This document shows, in pieces, positions 1-9,214 of a stretch of 64,000 nucleotides of DNA. How positions within the stretch are numbered: position 1 is the first letter of the stretch; every line of letters starts with the position of its first letter. The DNA is taken from positions 32,001 to 96,000 of the IMG/VR virus record IMGVR_UViG_3300032401_001514. One strand, written 5' to 3'. This stretch comes from a virus. The translations under genes were made by a program, and so were the position numbers. A model generated the notes under the pieces. That model searched no databases. It saw nothing but the letters and a program-made list of their open reading frames with translations, and was not told where the DNA came from.

Positions 1-164
1 TGCCGCTCTTTAGTTGAGAGGGGGATGCGGCAGGAGGGGCAGAGAGCATATATGTAGCCACCATCCGTTAAATTGTCAAGAGCTACTTGCAACTCTTCTA
101 CGGATTCGGAAATTTGTTCAGATAAAAAATTATCGTCAGGTTTTATAAAAATAGTTTGCTTCAT
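1..164 (-). CDS. Hypothetical protein with CPSC zinc-ribbon-like motif, 3' end outside window
   Basis: Manual translation from ATG at 164: MKQTIFIKPDDNFLSEQISESVEELQVALDNLTDGGYIYALCPSCRIPLSTKER..., open to the window edge; not in the ORF track. Confidence 0.5.
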   Translation of the reverse strand, partial: MKQTIFIKPDDNFLSEQISESVEELQVALDNLTDGGYIYALCPSCRIPLSTKER

Positions 165-220
165 AAAAAATATTACTTCGAAGCAAAAGCATCTCGACAA
201 TCATATTGAATTAATAATTA

Positions 221-397
221 TTATGATAATAATTTTTCTGTTCCAATTATTCTTTGAATAAAATAAATTTCTACAGTATCATCATCTTTAAATCTTGCTT
301 CAAGTGTTCCTTGCGCCTCATTTGGCAAGCTGTTTGAAGCATGTTGTATTAAAATTTCAAGTATGTCTTTTTCCGTAAATTTTTTAACCAATATCAT
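221..397 (-). CDS. Small hypothetical protein (58 aa)
   Basis: Manual translation MILVKKFTEKDILEILIQHASNSLPNEAQGTLEARFKDDDTVEIYFIQRIIGTEKLLS*; fills the gap in a co-oriented gene string. Confidence 0.5.
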   Translation of the reverse strand: MILVKKFTEKDILEILIQHASNSLPNEAQGTLEARFKDDDTVEIYFIQRIIGTEKLLS

Positions 398-409
398 TAA
401 ATGATCAAA

Positions 410-736
410 TTATCTATTAAGATGATCTCGACAAGTAATTTTAAACTTTCCTGTATCCCAAAGCTTAATAAATTTTGTTCCCATATGTGGCGCTTCTAAT
501 ATTAATTTAATTCTCCAGTTTTTCATATTTGAAATTTTCTCAATAATAACCAAATTATTATGATCTATTTCAGATAATATAGATACTGAATTTGTTATTT
601 CTATATGTTGTTCATCTGAAAATTTTAATAAAACTAAATTACTAGCAAATATCGGACGTATGATAACAACTGCTTCAAAGACAGAATAGCGCAATACTGC
701 TATTAAGTCATCGTGTAATAAAAATAAACCGTTCAT
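410..736 (-). CDS. Hypothetical protein
   Basis: 108-aa ORF co-oriented with neighbours; no motif recognised. Confidence 0.55.
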   Translation of the reverse strand: MNGLFLLHDDLIAVLRYSVFEAVVIIRPIFASNLVLLKFSDEQHIEITNSVSILSEIDHNNLVIIEKISNMKNWRIKLILEAPHMGTKFIKLWDTGKFKITCRDHLNR

Positions 737-747
737 TTACGGAAGTG

Positions 748-775
748 AATGTAATCACTTGAAATCAATTGTCAA
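748..775 (-). promoter_or_regulatory. Possible sigma70-type promoter
   Basis: TTGACA (775-770), 16-nt spacer, TACATT (753-748) in the intergenic gap upstream of the ORF starting at 736. Confidence 0.3.
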
Positions 776-789
776 CCTCATAATGATTA

Positions 790-1416
790 TCAACCTTTTT
801 GAATTCTTTCTTTTATCTTGTATAACGCATTTTTAATATCAGAAGGTCTTTTTAAAAGATCAAGGTCGAAATGAACGGCATCAAATTTTTGCTTAGCGGC
901 GGCTATTATATTTTCTTTTCTGTCATCTAAAAAAACACATCCGGCAAAATCTTCATTGCTCAAAAGAAAACTTTGATAATATAACATTTGTGGTTTAGCC
1001 GAGCCGACTTCGAAACTAAAATGTTGGATACATTTATTTATTACTTCATTGCAATTAGATCGTATAAAATTTATGTGATCTAATCCCATGTTGCTTAGTA
1101 ATGCTACTTTTACGCCTTCGTCTTTTAGATTAGTAACGAAGTTCATCATTATATCATTCTCTGTTAAAGAATCATTCCATGCTTCCAAAATTTCTCCCCA
1201 ATGTTTTTTCATTTTTCCATTTGCAAATATTTCTGGAAATCGAACTCTGAGAGCTTGGCAAAGTGTTAACATACCCATATGACAACTATATTCTAAATCA
1301 TTAATAAACTCTGATATTTCCTCTTCAGTAAGACCATGGCTTTGCATTACATCGTAAAATTTATTAAAATTTACATGTATAAGAACGTTGCCTATATCAA
1401 AAGCTATATGTTGCAT
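790..1416 (-). CDS. HAD-superfamily phosphatase (YihX/glucose-1-phosphatase-like)
   Basis: Motif I FDIGNVL, motif II LLSN, motif III K in AKP, motif IV FLDDRKENI. Confidence 0.85.
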   Translation of the reverse strand: MQHIAFDIGNVLIHVNFNKFYDVMQSHGLTEEEISEFINDLEYSCHMGMLTLCQALRVRFPEIFANGKMKKHWGEILEAWNDSLTENDIMMNFVTNLKDEGVKVALLSNMGLDHINFIRSNCNEVINKCIQHFSFEVGSAKPQMLYYQSFLLSNEDFAGCVFLDDRKENIIAAAKQKFDAVHFDLDLLKRPSDIKNALYKIKERIQKG

Positions 1417-2477
1417 AAATTATTTATCTTATCGTGTAGGAGGAGATTTTTTTGTACGCTTAAATAATCTTTCTTTAATTTTTTAAAGAAAGATTTTTCT
1501 ATAGTTTCTGTTGCAAAATTTTGACTAAGTTCAACTTGAGCAACATCAACGCCTATGCCATAAATTTTACACAAAATAGCATTAAGTAATGTTTCTGAAT
1601 CCGTTAATGTTGGGGCTATACAAATATCTTTCAAATTATAAAAAGCGTCAGAAACATAGCTGGTTTCGCCAGTTGTAAATAACCATTTGGCATTAGTTAA
1701 TTTGTCTCGATATTTTAATTTATTATTAATGTTTTCAACGAAAAGATTATTGTATTGATCAGTAAATGGGCTAAACAAATTTATAGTAAATTTTGAATTA
1801 ATTGAATTTAATATTTTAGTTAACGCGGAGTAACGATTTGTATCATTAATAATAGCTATATTACTATTTGATAAAGTAATACCGACCGATCTTGATTTTA
1901 TTATTACTGTTGGTCCTTCTTCAACATCAATATGATATGGCTGAATCCATTCAAATCCATTTTTCAAATATGGTCTAAATTTTATGTCTCCAAAAGGAGA
2001 ATAAATAAAGGCGGCATCTGGCTCGGGCATAGATCTAAGCATATGTCGCAGGGATGTCAATCTAGAAATGTATCTAAGTTGTCCTTTTTCCCACTCTAAA
2101 CCATTTAATAAATGCAACGGGCTGTAGTACCATAATTTAATACCAAGTTTTTTAGCTATATGAGCGGTCGTAGGTTCTCCGTCCACTATAAATAATTCTG
2201 GTTCAAATTGCTCTATTTCTTGTAACAAAATACGAACGTTATTTATATTAACAAAAGGAACTCCACGATGACCAAATAACTTAAACATTTCTGCATTTGC
2301 TGTAGCTGGTTTATTATAATGTAGTGCGTCCAAAGTCCAGTCTATATGTGGTATAGAATCGCTTGACTTTAAATAAGCAGCTATTTTTATCTCATGTTTG
2401 GAGCCTGCGTGCTGAAGAAACCTTGATAGCTGGCTATTTGCGCCAACTCTATTACCTGCGCTATAGAGAATTCTCAT
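1404..2477 (-). CDS. GT-B fold glycosyltransferase-like protein (MJ1255-like)
   Basis: N-terminal MRILYS..G, FEPELFIVDGEPTTAHIAKKLGI, C-terminal LFTTGETSYVSDAFY resembling the GT28-like donor site. Confidence 0.6.
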   Translation of the reverse strand: MRILYSAGNRVGANSQLSRFLQHAGSKHEIKIAAYLKSSDSIPHIDWTLDALHYNKPATANAEMFKLFGHRGVPFVNINNVRILLQEIEQFEPELFIVDGEPTTAHIAKKLGIKLWYYSPLHLLNGLEWEKGQLRYISRLTSLRHMLRSMPEPDAAFIYSPFGDIKFRPYLKNGFEWIQPYHIDVEEGPTVIIKSRSVGITLSNSNIAIINDTNRYSALTKILNSINSKFTINLFSPFTDQYNNLFVENINNKLKYRDKLTNAKWLFTTGETSYVSDAFYNLKDICIAPTLTDSETLLNAILCKIYGIGVDVAQVELSQNFATETIEKSFFKKLKKDYLSVQKNLLLHDKINNLCNI

Positions 2478-3115
2478 TCGTTATAACAATTTTTAAAAGC
2501 TTCAATAAGAACGGCTTTTAATGGCGCTAATTGTATTAACAAAAGATCTTTTGTCATAATAACATCTTCTTCCGCTCTGTGTGCCTTTCGTGATTTTACG
2601 CCAAAAGATTTTACTAAAGAGCCTAGATTATATCTTTCTCGTTTCTTACCAGTACATAGATCAATTAAAACAGCTATATCTTTTGTATCTAAAGTAAATT
2701 TGTTAGGGCCAGTCTGGAAAGGAAAGGTATCGTAAGCATTATGTCTTTTCCAAAGAGCTTCTAACATGTTATAATCGAACAATACGTTCTGTCCAACCAT
2801 CACCCTATCTGTTACTGCCATATTATCTTCCATAATCCAATTTTCTATATTTGGCAGAACTTTTTTTGGATGTATATAATTTTCTTTTCCAAACTTGGAT
2901 AGGTTTAAGATATCCTCACGTTTGTGCCCGCTAATTTTTAGAGCAGCGTCCTCTATTGTATCTGGCTTTACTGCTTGCAATAGCCATGTTTTAATTTCCT
3001 CTTTGCTATCTTTAATATCAAGGAAAAGCCTGCACATAGCTACTTCAATTACTTCGTTGTTATTTGGATCCAACCCAGTAGTTTCGGTATCAACAACATA
3101 GACGACATAGCCCAT
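2474..3115 (-). CDS. DEDDh 3'-5' exonuclease (DnaQ/epsilon-like)
   Basis: ExoI VVDTETTGLD, ExoII VGQNVLFD, ExoIII AHRAEEDV. Confidence 0.9.
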   Translation of the reverse strand: MGYVVYVVDTETTGLDPNNNEVIEVAMCRLFLDIKDSKEEIKTWLLQAVKPDTIEDAALKISGHKREDILNLSKFGKENYIHPKKVLPNIENWIMEDNMAVTDRVMVGQNVLFDYNMLEALWKRHNAYDTFPFQTGPNKFTLDTKDIAVLIDLCTGKKRERYNLGSLVKSFGVKSRKAHRAEEDVIMTKDLLLIQLAPLKAVLIEAFKNCYNE

Positions 3116-3137
3116 TTAATAGCCTCCTTTAAGGTTA

Positions 3138-3326
3138 TTATTCAGATGGCTCGTCGTTTTTTCGCTCGACAGGTATCGACGCCGTAGTTGAAATCTTGGA
3201 AATATACTTACCTATAATATTAGCCATAGAAGCATCAATAGGAATCCAAACTTCCTTATTTATTTCATTTGACATAACAAGATAAGAATATCCGTTTTTA
3301 TCTTTTATACCTTCGTATTTAATCAT
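3138..3326 (-). CDS. Hypothetical protein
   Basis: 62-aa ORF with ATGA overlap to upstream gene. Confidence 0.6.
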   Translation of the reverse strand: MIKYEGIKDKNGYSYLVMSNEINKEVWIPIDASMANIIGKYISKISTTASIPVERKNDEPSE

Positions 3327-3694
3327 TTTATTTTAATAGCAAGCAATGCTTTTTTAAATTTAACAACAGATTTGATATCAGATTTATAACTATCCATAAG
3401 AAACTTTACGCCATTAACAGTTCTGAGAAATTCACGTTGTGACTTAGAAAATCTAGTACCTTTTAATGTTAGAACAACTTTCTTGTCCTCTAATATTTCC
3501 CAATCTTCTCCGTTTCTTGGCAGCTTAATTCTTTTTATGTTTAAAACTTTTTGTTTAATATCATCTTCTTCTTTAAACAACTCGTGATCTGTTCTTAATA
3601 TATTAAGATTTAAATATTTAGAATTGTTAAAGTTTGTTTCTGAATTTGCTTCATTAACAGTATTGCTACCAGAAGTTATATTATATTTATTCAT
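3323..3694 (-). CDS. Hypothetical protein
   Basis: 123-aa ORF in a tightly packed operon. Confidence 0.65.
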   Translation of the reverse strand: MNKYNITSGSNTVNEANSETNFNNSKYLNLNILRTDHELFKEEDDIKQKVLNIKRIKLPRNGEDWEILEDKKVVLTLKGTRFSKSQREFLRTVNGVKFLMDSYKSDIKSVVKFKKALLAIKIK

Positions 3695-3702
3695 GATAAT
3701 CC

Positions 3703-4914
3703 TTATTTACAAGCGCTATCCATTGCTATTGCGCCTGTAATTGCAGCAGCTGCTATTCCTTGTATTCCAGCACTTTCTCCTGCGATAAATAAATTTTCAA
3801 TCTCTGATTCTAAATTGGAGCCTAGTCTAACTTGAGATGCCATCGGCAGTATATCAGGTGAATGATAATATGCCTTTGTTGGCATTGATGGAATAATTTC
3901 TGTCAGTTCAGTTAAAACCGGAATTAACCAATTATATTCTGGCAATACAGATAATTGGCCAACGTTTTTTAAAATGCTTCTTACTTTTTCTCGGCCTATT
4001 CTATCGTTAAATAACAAGAATGCTAATTTCCCTAATCTATCAGTTTGTCTACAACCGTCATTTTGAAAATATTGTTTACTTAAAATTGAAAAAGAAACCT
4101 TGTCTGTTTTCCACCTGTCTTCATTAGAGCGAAATGATGATATTACTAAATCAGCATGGTCTTCTGGAATGACAGTTCCGTTCCAATTAAATGGGCCAAT
4201 CTCTAGATTATCCTTTTTTAATTTGCAATGAGTTTTATTAAAATCTTTCATTTGTTGAGCAGACAATTCAACTCTAATTCCATAAATTGCAAAATCGTCA
4301 TTTGCAAGAATTCCAAGTTCTTTATATAATTTATTTGTCCAACGCCATCCGCTTCTGCCAGCACACAATATAAGTTTTTTACAAGTATAATTTCCGTCAG
4401 CTGTAGTTACCAAAAACGTATCTTTTTGTTTAAATATTTTGAATACCTCATTATCAAACGAAAATGTAATATTGCCGGCAGTATCAATCACCTCTGTTAT
4501 TAACCTTGATAGCTGATGGACACTATCAGGTTTCCATTGGACGTAATTATTTAATTCAATTTCATAATTTAAAGAAGATAATTTCTTTTGAATAGCAGCG
4601 CTTGGAAGCTTGTCTTTAATAATCTTCATTGGGTTTACTTCTTCAAACCATTTTGTTACCCATTTGTTCGCAGGGTTTGCTTTCCTGCCATCTACTATAT
4701 CTAATACTTTATCGATATCGCCAGTGTATATTTTACCATCACCTGTGGGAAAACAGCCTAGAAACCCCTCTATTTGTCGTCTTCTTTTTGACGGAGGACG
4801 ACCTAATTCAAACAATATGACTTTTGAGTCTTTATGAATCTCTGCTGCTCTTAACGCTGCGAACGTACCAGAAATACCAGCTCCTATTATTCCGATATCA
4901 TAGTTTATTGTCAT
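3703..4914 (-). CDS. FAD-dependent oxidoreductase (COG2509-like)
   Basis: GAGISG dinucleotide motif, TGDGK, AGRSG, GIRVE, C-terminal LFIAGESAG..GIAAAA; start moved to ATG 4914, which forms an ATGA overlap with the upstream stop. Confidence 0.8.
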   Translation of the reverse strand: MTINYDIGIIGAGISGTFAALRAAEIHKDSKVILFELGRPPSKRRRQIEGFLGCFPTGDGKIYTGDIDKVLDIVDGRKANPANKWVTKWFEEVNPMKIIKDKLPSAAIQKKLSSLNYEIELNNYVQWKPDSVHQLSRLITEVIDTAGNITFSFDNEVFKIFKQKDTFLVTTADGNYTCKKLILCAGRSGWRWTNKLYKELGILANDDFAIYGIRVELSAQQMKDFNKTHCKLKKDNLEIGPFNWNGTVIPEDHADLVISSFRSNEDRWKTDKVSFSILSKQYFQNDGCRQTDRLGKLAFLLFNDRIGREKVRSILKNVGQLSVLPEYNWLIPVLTELTEIIPSMPTKAYYHSPDILPMASQVRLGSNLESEIENLFIAGESAGIQGIAAAAITGAIAMDSACK

Positions 4915-5264
4915 ATATGTTTCCAACTTTCTTTATTAATAATTCGTCTGACTTGAGTTCTTCCAACTTTATATTCACGAGCCAGCTGAGTTTTTGTAAA
5001 TCCATTTTTGTATTTATTACGTATACTTATAACAACGTCTTCTGATATTTTTACTAATGGATTCTTTTCTCCAATAAATTTGCCTTTTCTGGCGGCGCAC
5101 CTTTCCTCACTTAATTTTCTACCCCTATGCAAATAAAATTTTTCGCGCTTTCTTTTACTTTGCGCTATGTTCTTATGCTTAATCCAGCGTTTTATCGGAT
5201 TTGCAGATTTACCAACGTAAATTTTATTATAAATTATATTGTGAATTATGTAAATTTGGTGCAT
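4911..5264 (-). pseudogene. Internally deleted GIY-YIG homing endonuclease retaining NUMOD3-like and HTH DNA-binding parts
   Basis: IYIIHN..NKIYVGKS..RW..H then joins directly to RKLSEE..GEKNP and an HTH (TQLAREYKVGRTQVRRIINKESWKH); the helix with the catalytic Glu and the GYN Asn are absent; frame is intact. Confidence 0.75.
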
Positions 5265-5946
5265 ATATTATCTGTCTAGATGTTTGCAAAGACTCTAGTA
5301 CGTCTTTGTACAAACTATCCACGCTGAATATATCACCACTAATTATTTTATCAATAGTTTCACTTAGTTCTTTGTCAACACCAAACGGCCACATAAAATA
5401 ATAATTTGAATTTATAAAATGTTGATTGAAATTTTTAGCTGCTTTCTCTAGTGTTTCTTTGATTTTTTCTTCGCTATAATTTAATTCTTTCATCAACTCA
5501 GCATAAGTAAATAAAGACATTTGATATCCACGCACTTCATAAAGTTTTCGCCAATATGCAGGCATTGGAGATAAAAATACTACAAATAATAATAAAGAAA
5601 CTATAATATTTATTGGTAATAATAATAACATTAATATTGATAAGCTTTGTGGGAATAAATAAAAGAATGAAAATATAATTTGTCCTTGTCTTTCAGAATC
5701 GCTTGCATGCACAAATTCATGAGATAAAATATCTATGGCATCAAAATCTCTATCTTGTATAAACTTTCTATTTGGAAAATATACGGTCTTGCCAATGGTA
5801 GTTGTATAACTAGTCATAAATGTTTTATTATAAAACAAAAAATAACTTATTAACTTCATAAGCCAAGATTCATCTTTATATGCTATCTTGAGACCTGGAA
5901 GTTTTTTATTTAATTCTGCATAAAAATTATCGAATCTTGTTGTCAT
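5227..5946 (-). CDS. Membrane-associated HExxH zinc-metallopeptidase-like protein
   Basis: ILSHEFVHA, then a long hydrophobic hairpin, then YEVRGY (candidate third ligand). Confidence 0.6.
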   Translation of the reverse strand: MTTRFDNFYAELNKKLPGLKIAYKDESWLMKLISYFLFYNKTFMTSYTTTIGKTVYFPNRKFIQDRDFDAIDILSHEFVHASDSERQGQIIFSFFYLFPQSLSILMLLLLPINIIVSLLLFVVFLSPMPAYWRKLYEVRGYQMSLFTYAELMKELNYSEEKIKETLEKAAKNFNQHFINSNYYFMWPFGVDKELSETIDKIISGDIFSVDSLYKDVLESLQTSRQIIYAPNLHNSQYNL

Positions 5947-6440
5947 ACTACACTTAATCCATTAATCCACTGCCAAGTAATAGGCCCTGATGGACGCATT
6001 ATAGCATTTGTTTTTGTTGCGTTAATAATAGCTTGTTTCATTTGTGGAGCAACACTGCTTTGCAACATTTTTAATATAGCCCCACTCTTTACAGCAGGGT
6101 GATTTCCAGATATATTAAATTGCACATTCAAATTTGGTAAAACAGATATGCCAATATTAACATTTCCTGCTTTATCTCCCATTGCAGCAAAGATGCTTTC
6201 TATTGTAGGATTATTTAATAATATTTGTTGAGCTTCAATATCTACGCCTGACAAATTCTTGTTGCCAGTAAATTTAGCAAACGTACCATAACCAGCTAAT
6301 AATTCTTGATACTCTCCAACACCTCCGCCAACAACAGTTGGAGGGCCTGCGTCTGCAAATGTTAGTAAATTGAACTTAGTTGCTGCTGATAATAATTTGT
6401 TATACATGGCATAGATATATTGGTTTATTCGTTGTTCCAC
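5943..6440 (-). CDS. Hypothetical protein
   Basis: 165-aa ORF (GTG start; ATG at 6407 is an alternative); ATGA overlap with the next gene. Confidence 0.6.
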   Translation of the reverse strand: MEQRINQYIYAMYNKLLSAATKFNLLTFADAGPPTVVGGGVGEYQELLAGYGTFAKFTGNKNLSGVDIEAQQILLNNPTIESIFAAMGDKAGNVNIGISVLPNLNVQFNISGNHPAVKSGAILKMLQSSVAPQMKQAIINATKTNAIMRPSGPITWQWINGLSVV

Positions 6441-6485
6441 CAGAGGCGCGCTGTAACGTTTTGCGTGCTTCGTCTCCTAAGAGGC

Positions 6486-6725
6486 ATGAGCCAACTAAAA
6501 CTAATTCCTACGTGGGTCCTGGAGCTATCAATGGCGGATCTTCACCTTGTTCTTCGGGCTCTAGGTGACCGAATAACTGAAGAAGCCGAAATGGCCGAAG
6601 CTAAGGCTTTGGGAAATAAATTAACGTTAGATCGAGTTAAATCTACAGAGATTGAATTAGGAAAGCTTAAAAAAGCTCTTGCTCAAGGATCCCAGGATTC
6701 CCAAGAATTTGGCCCGGTGGTGTAA
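6486..6725 (+). CDS. Small helical hypothetical protein; only credible plus-strand gene
   Basis: AAGAGG RBS before ATG 6486; MSQLKLIPTWVLELSMADLHLVLRALG...; a G-U containing hairpin upstream (6443-6471) pairs fully only on the plus strand. Confidence 0.5.
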   Translation: MSQLKLIPTWVLELSMADLHLVLRALGDRITEEAEMAEAKALGNKLTLDRVKSTEIELGKLKKALAQGSQDSQEFGPVV

Positions 6726-7024
6726 TATACTTTCTTTACACCCTTGTTTATTATTAGAGTTTCACAATGTTTACATGGTTTTGCCATAGCCCATGAGCCA
6801 TCTCTTAACACCCTGGCTACCCACAATATGGCTCCAAATCCAGCCTTGCGTAAACTGCGGGCTTCAGCATGAGCGCTAGCCGAAGGAGTGCGCACTTCCG
6901 CATTAGTGGATTTAACTAATGTTCCATCTTGTCTTTCAGCGATACAACCTAGTAAAAAATGTTTATCATTTTGCCTAGAATTAGCCGCTAACTTTGCCGC
7001 GTCTTCTAGTTTTTTCATATTCAT
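6683..7024 (-). CDS. Cytidine/dCMP deaminase-fold zinc protein
   Basis: HAE and PCxxC zinc motifs (HAEARSL; AKPCKHCE). Confidence 0.8.
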   Translation of the reverse strand: MNMKKLEDAAKLAANSRQNDKHFLLGCIAERQDGTLVKSTNAEVRTPSASAHAEARSLRKAGFGAILWVARVLRDGSWAMAKPCKHCETLIINKGVKKVYYTTGPNSWESWDP

Positions 7025-7034
7025 ATTATCCACC

Positions 7035-7064
7035 AAAACAAAAAACCCGCTGTTGGCGGGTTTT
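7035..7064 (-). terminator. Intrinsic terminator
   Basis: Minus strand AAAACCCGC-CAACA-GCGGGTTTT followed by TTGTTTT. Confidence 0.75.
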
Positions 7065-7081
7065 AATTAAAAAGCCCTTAG

Positions 7082-7450
7082 TTATGCCGGATTTACAGGC
7101 GATAAAATAGCTTTAAAAAAAGAACCAATTTGAATGGCAACTTCAGGGTTGAAATTAGCGGCAGGACTATTAATTGTTCCTAAAAGTAAATCGTATGCCT
7201 CTTGCTCTATTTCAATAAAGCCATTAGGTTCACAAGATTTTATTTTATCTTTAATATCTATTGCATGCATAACAGTAACTGCGTTCTTACCAAAAGAAGG
7301 ATCCTTTAAAAGAGTACCAACTACAAAAGTTAAAAATGATATTTTTATTTGTAAAAGCTGTTTTGTATCAGGATCTTCCATTAATAAAGGCTGATCATTA
7401 ATTAAATTTTTCAGCGCTATTGTTTCAGGGACTAATATTTTTTTGTTCAT
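7082..7450 (-). CDS. Hypothetical protein
   Basis: AAGGAG RBS upstream of ATG 7450. Confidence 0.7.
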   Translation of the reverse strand: MNKKILVPETIALKNLINDQPLLMEDPDTKQLLQIKISFLTFVVGTLLKDPSFGKNAVTVMHAIDIKDKIKSCEPNGFIEIEQEAYDLLLGTINSPAANFNPEVAIQIGSFFKAILSPVNPA

Positions 7451-7487
7451 GTTTTGCTCCTTTCCCGTATATATCAAGCTACTTATA

Positions 7488-8363
7488 TTATTTTAATATA
7501 TTTTCAATTATTGATATAAAACTTTCTCCCCAAATTTCATATTTACGAGTAGACGCTATTTGTAAAGCTGTGCCAGATAAATCTTTTTGTAACTGTTTTG
7601 ATTCTATTAGTTTTATTATGCCATTTCTTAAACTCAATATATCTCTATCAACATAAATTGCGGAATCTTTGCACGTATCTATATTTGCCTGAATGTTTGT
7701 AACAATACACGGTAGGCCAACAGCCATTGCTTCTAATAAAGCAAGTGACATACCTTCTGTTATACTGGGGAAAACGAAAATATCAGCAGACCTTAAATGT
7801 TTGATTATTTCATTTTCGTTTTTAATTCCAAGAAATTTAACATTTCTATATTTAGACTTGTTTATATTTCCTTTGCCTATTAACCAAAGTTCGCATTTCA
7901 AATCCTTAACCGCTTCTATTAATTTATCAGTTCCTTTATGAGAGCTAAAATTACCACAATAAATTAATATTGGAACATCTCTTATAAGTTTAACATCTTT
8001 ATCTCCTGGAGAAAAACTCGGTCTTGCAACATTTTCTATTAACTCAGTTTTGTAACCAAAATCTCTGAACATTTTCCATGTATGTTCAGCAACAGTTACT
8101 AGCATATCATGATCTTTGTATATAAAAACACTTTCTGGAATTACTTCAGTTATAACATGACATATACGAGGAATAGTAAGCCAGGGCCATTTATTTAATT
8201 GATAAACTACACTAATAGAAGCTTTTTTTATTTGTGTAACATCATTATTGATCCAATTTATTTTATGACTTGTTGCGTTTTGTAACATCTGTCCAACAAT
8301 GCCTGCCCCTCCTATTGGGCACTTTGTTTTATTGTTAACTACGTGTATTGCGTTTATTTGCAT
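7488..8363 (-). CDS. Glycosyltransferase family 4
   Basis: HKG, ADIFVFPSITEGMSLALLEAMAVGLPCIVTNI (EX7E motif). Confidence 0.9.
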   Translation of the reverse strand: MQINAIHVVNNKTKCPIGGAGIVGQMLQNATSHKINWINNDVTQIKKASISVVYQLNKWPWLTIPRICHVITEVIPESVFIYKDHDMLVTVAEHTWKMFRDFGYKTELIENVARPSFSPGDKDVKLIRDVPILIYCGNFSSHKGTDKLIEAVKDLKCELWLIGKGNINKSKYRNVKFLGIKNENEIIKHLRSADIFVFPSITEGMSLALLEAMAVGLPCIVTNIQANIDTCKDSAIYVDRDILSLRNGIIKLIESKQLQKDLSGTALQIASTRKYEIWGESFISIIENILK

Positions 8364-8366
8364 ATA

Positions 8367-9212
8367 TCAACTTTCATATAAAGCTTTTGATAAAATTTTG
8401 GCCAAAACTTTATGGTCGAAAAACTGTTCAGCGATTTTTCTATTTTCAATTCCCATACGCTGGCGCTCCTGTGGATCATTTTGTAACCATATAATTGCGT
8501 CTAGAAATTCTTTTTTAGTTTTAGCTAAGACGCCTTGACATTTATATTGATCAAAAATTTCCTTATTAGCCCCAATAGAAGAAGATATAACAGGTAGACC
8601 TGCTGCCATATATTGAATAATTTTAAATGCACATTTGTAACGAGTCCAATTATTATCAATAAGTGGGGCAAGACCTATTGAACATCCTAAAAGACCAGAT
8701 GTTTGAGTTTCTTTTGACCAAGGAATAAAATCAGTGTTTATGTTCCATATAGGTTTTAAATCACAAATAACACGAATTGGAATTTTAGATTGCTCCAAAA
8801 CGTCAGAAATGCTTATTAAATATTGAAGCGTTGAAGAGGATCCTGTCCATACCAGTGGATCATTTTGTTTATGAATATTTATTTCATAAGAGTTTATATC
8901 AACCCCAGTTCTCCAAATACGAACGTCTTTTGCTCCAGCGTCTAAAGCCGATTCAGCTAAAGCGTCGCAGCCAGCTAAAACAATTTTTGTTCGTTTAATT
9001 GTATGCTTAAAAAAGTTTTGCTTTCCTAAATGAATTCCGTCGTCATAATCAAAAACAAGAGATTCTTTCCTATAAAAAACTCGGTGTACCCAAAGTTTAT
9101 CTGATGTTGGTTTATGAACAATTTCAATTGGTAACAACTTTGTATAAGGTGCCACTCTTGCTAAATATGAAGGACAATTACCAGTGCAATTTGTAATGCA
9201 TTGAGCCAGCAT
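8367..9212 (-). CDS. Glycosyltransferase family 4
   Basis: LVWTGS, IGLAPL...YKCAFKIIQYMAAGLPVISS. Confidence 0.85.
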   Translation of the reverse strand: MLAQCITNCTGNCPSYLARVAPYTKLLPIEIVHKPTSDKLWVHRVFYRKESLVFDYDDGIHLGKQNFFKHTIKRTKIVLAGCDALAESALDAGAKDVRIWRTGVDINSYEINIHKQNDPLVWTGSSSTLQYLISISDVLEQSKIPIRVICDLKPIWNINTDFIPWSKETQTSGLLGCSIGLAPLIDNNWTRYKCAFKIIQYMAAGLPVISSSIGANKEIFDQYKCQGVLAKTKKEFLDAIIWLQNDPQERQRMGIENRKIAEQFFDHKVLAKILSKALYES

Positions 9213-9214
9213 GT

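Noticed and set aside
1-80. GC-rich start with TTGACA, a TGCCGC/GCGGCA inverted repeat and a CCACCA end, as an ncRNA or tRNA
   Set aside because: No tRNA T-arm or D-arm; the stretch is explained by an open minus-strand CDS (1-164) with a CPSC motif
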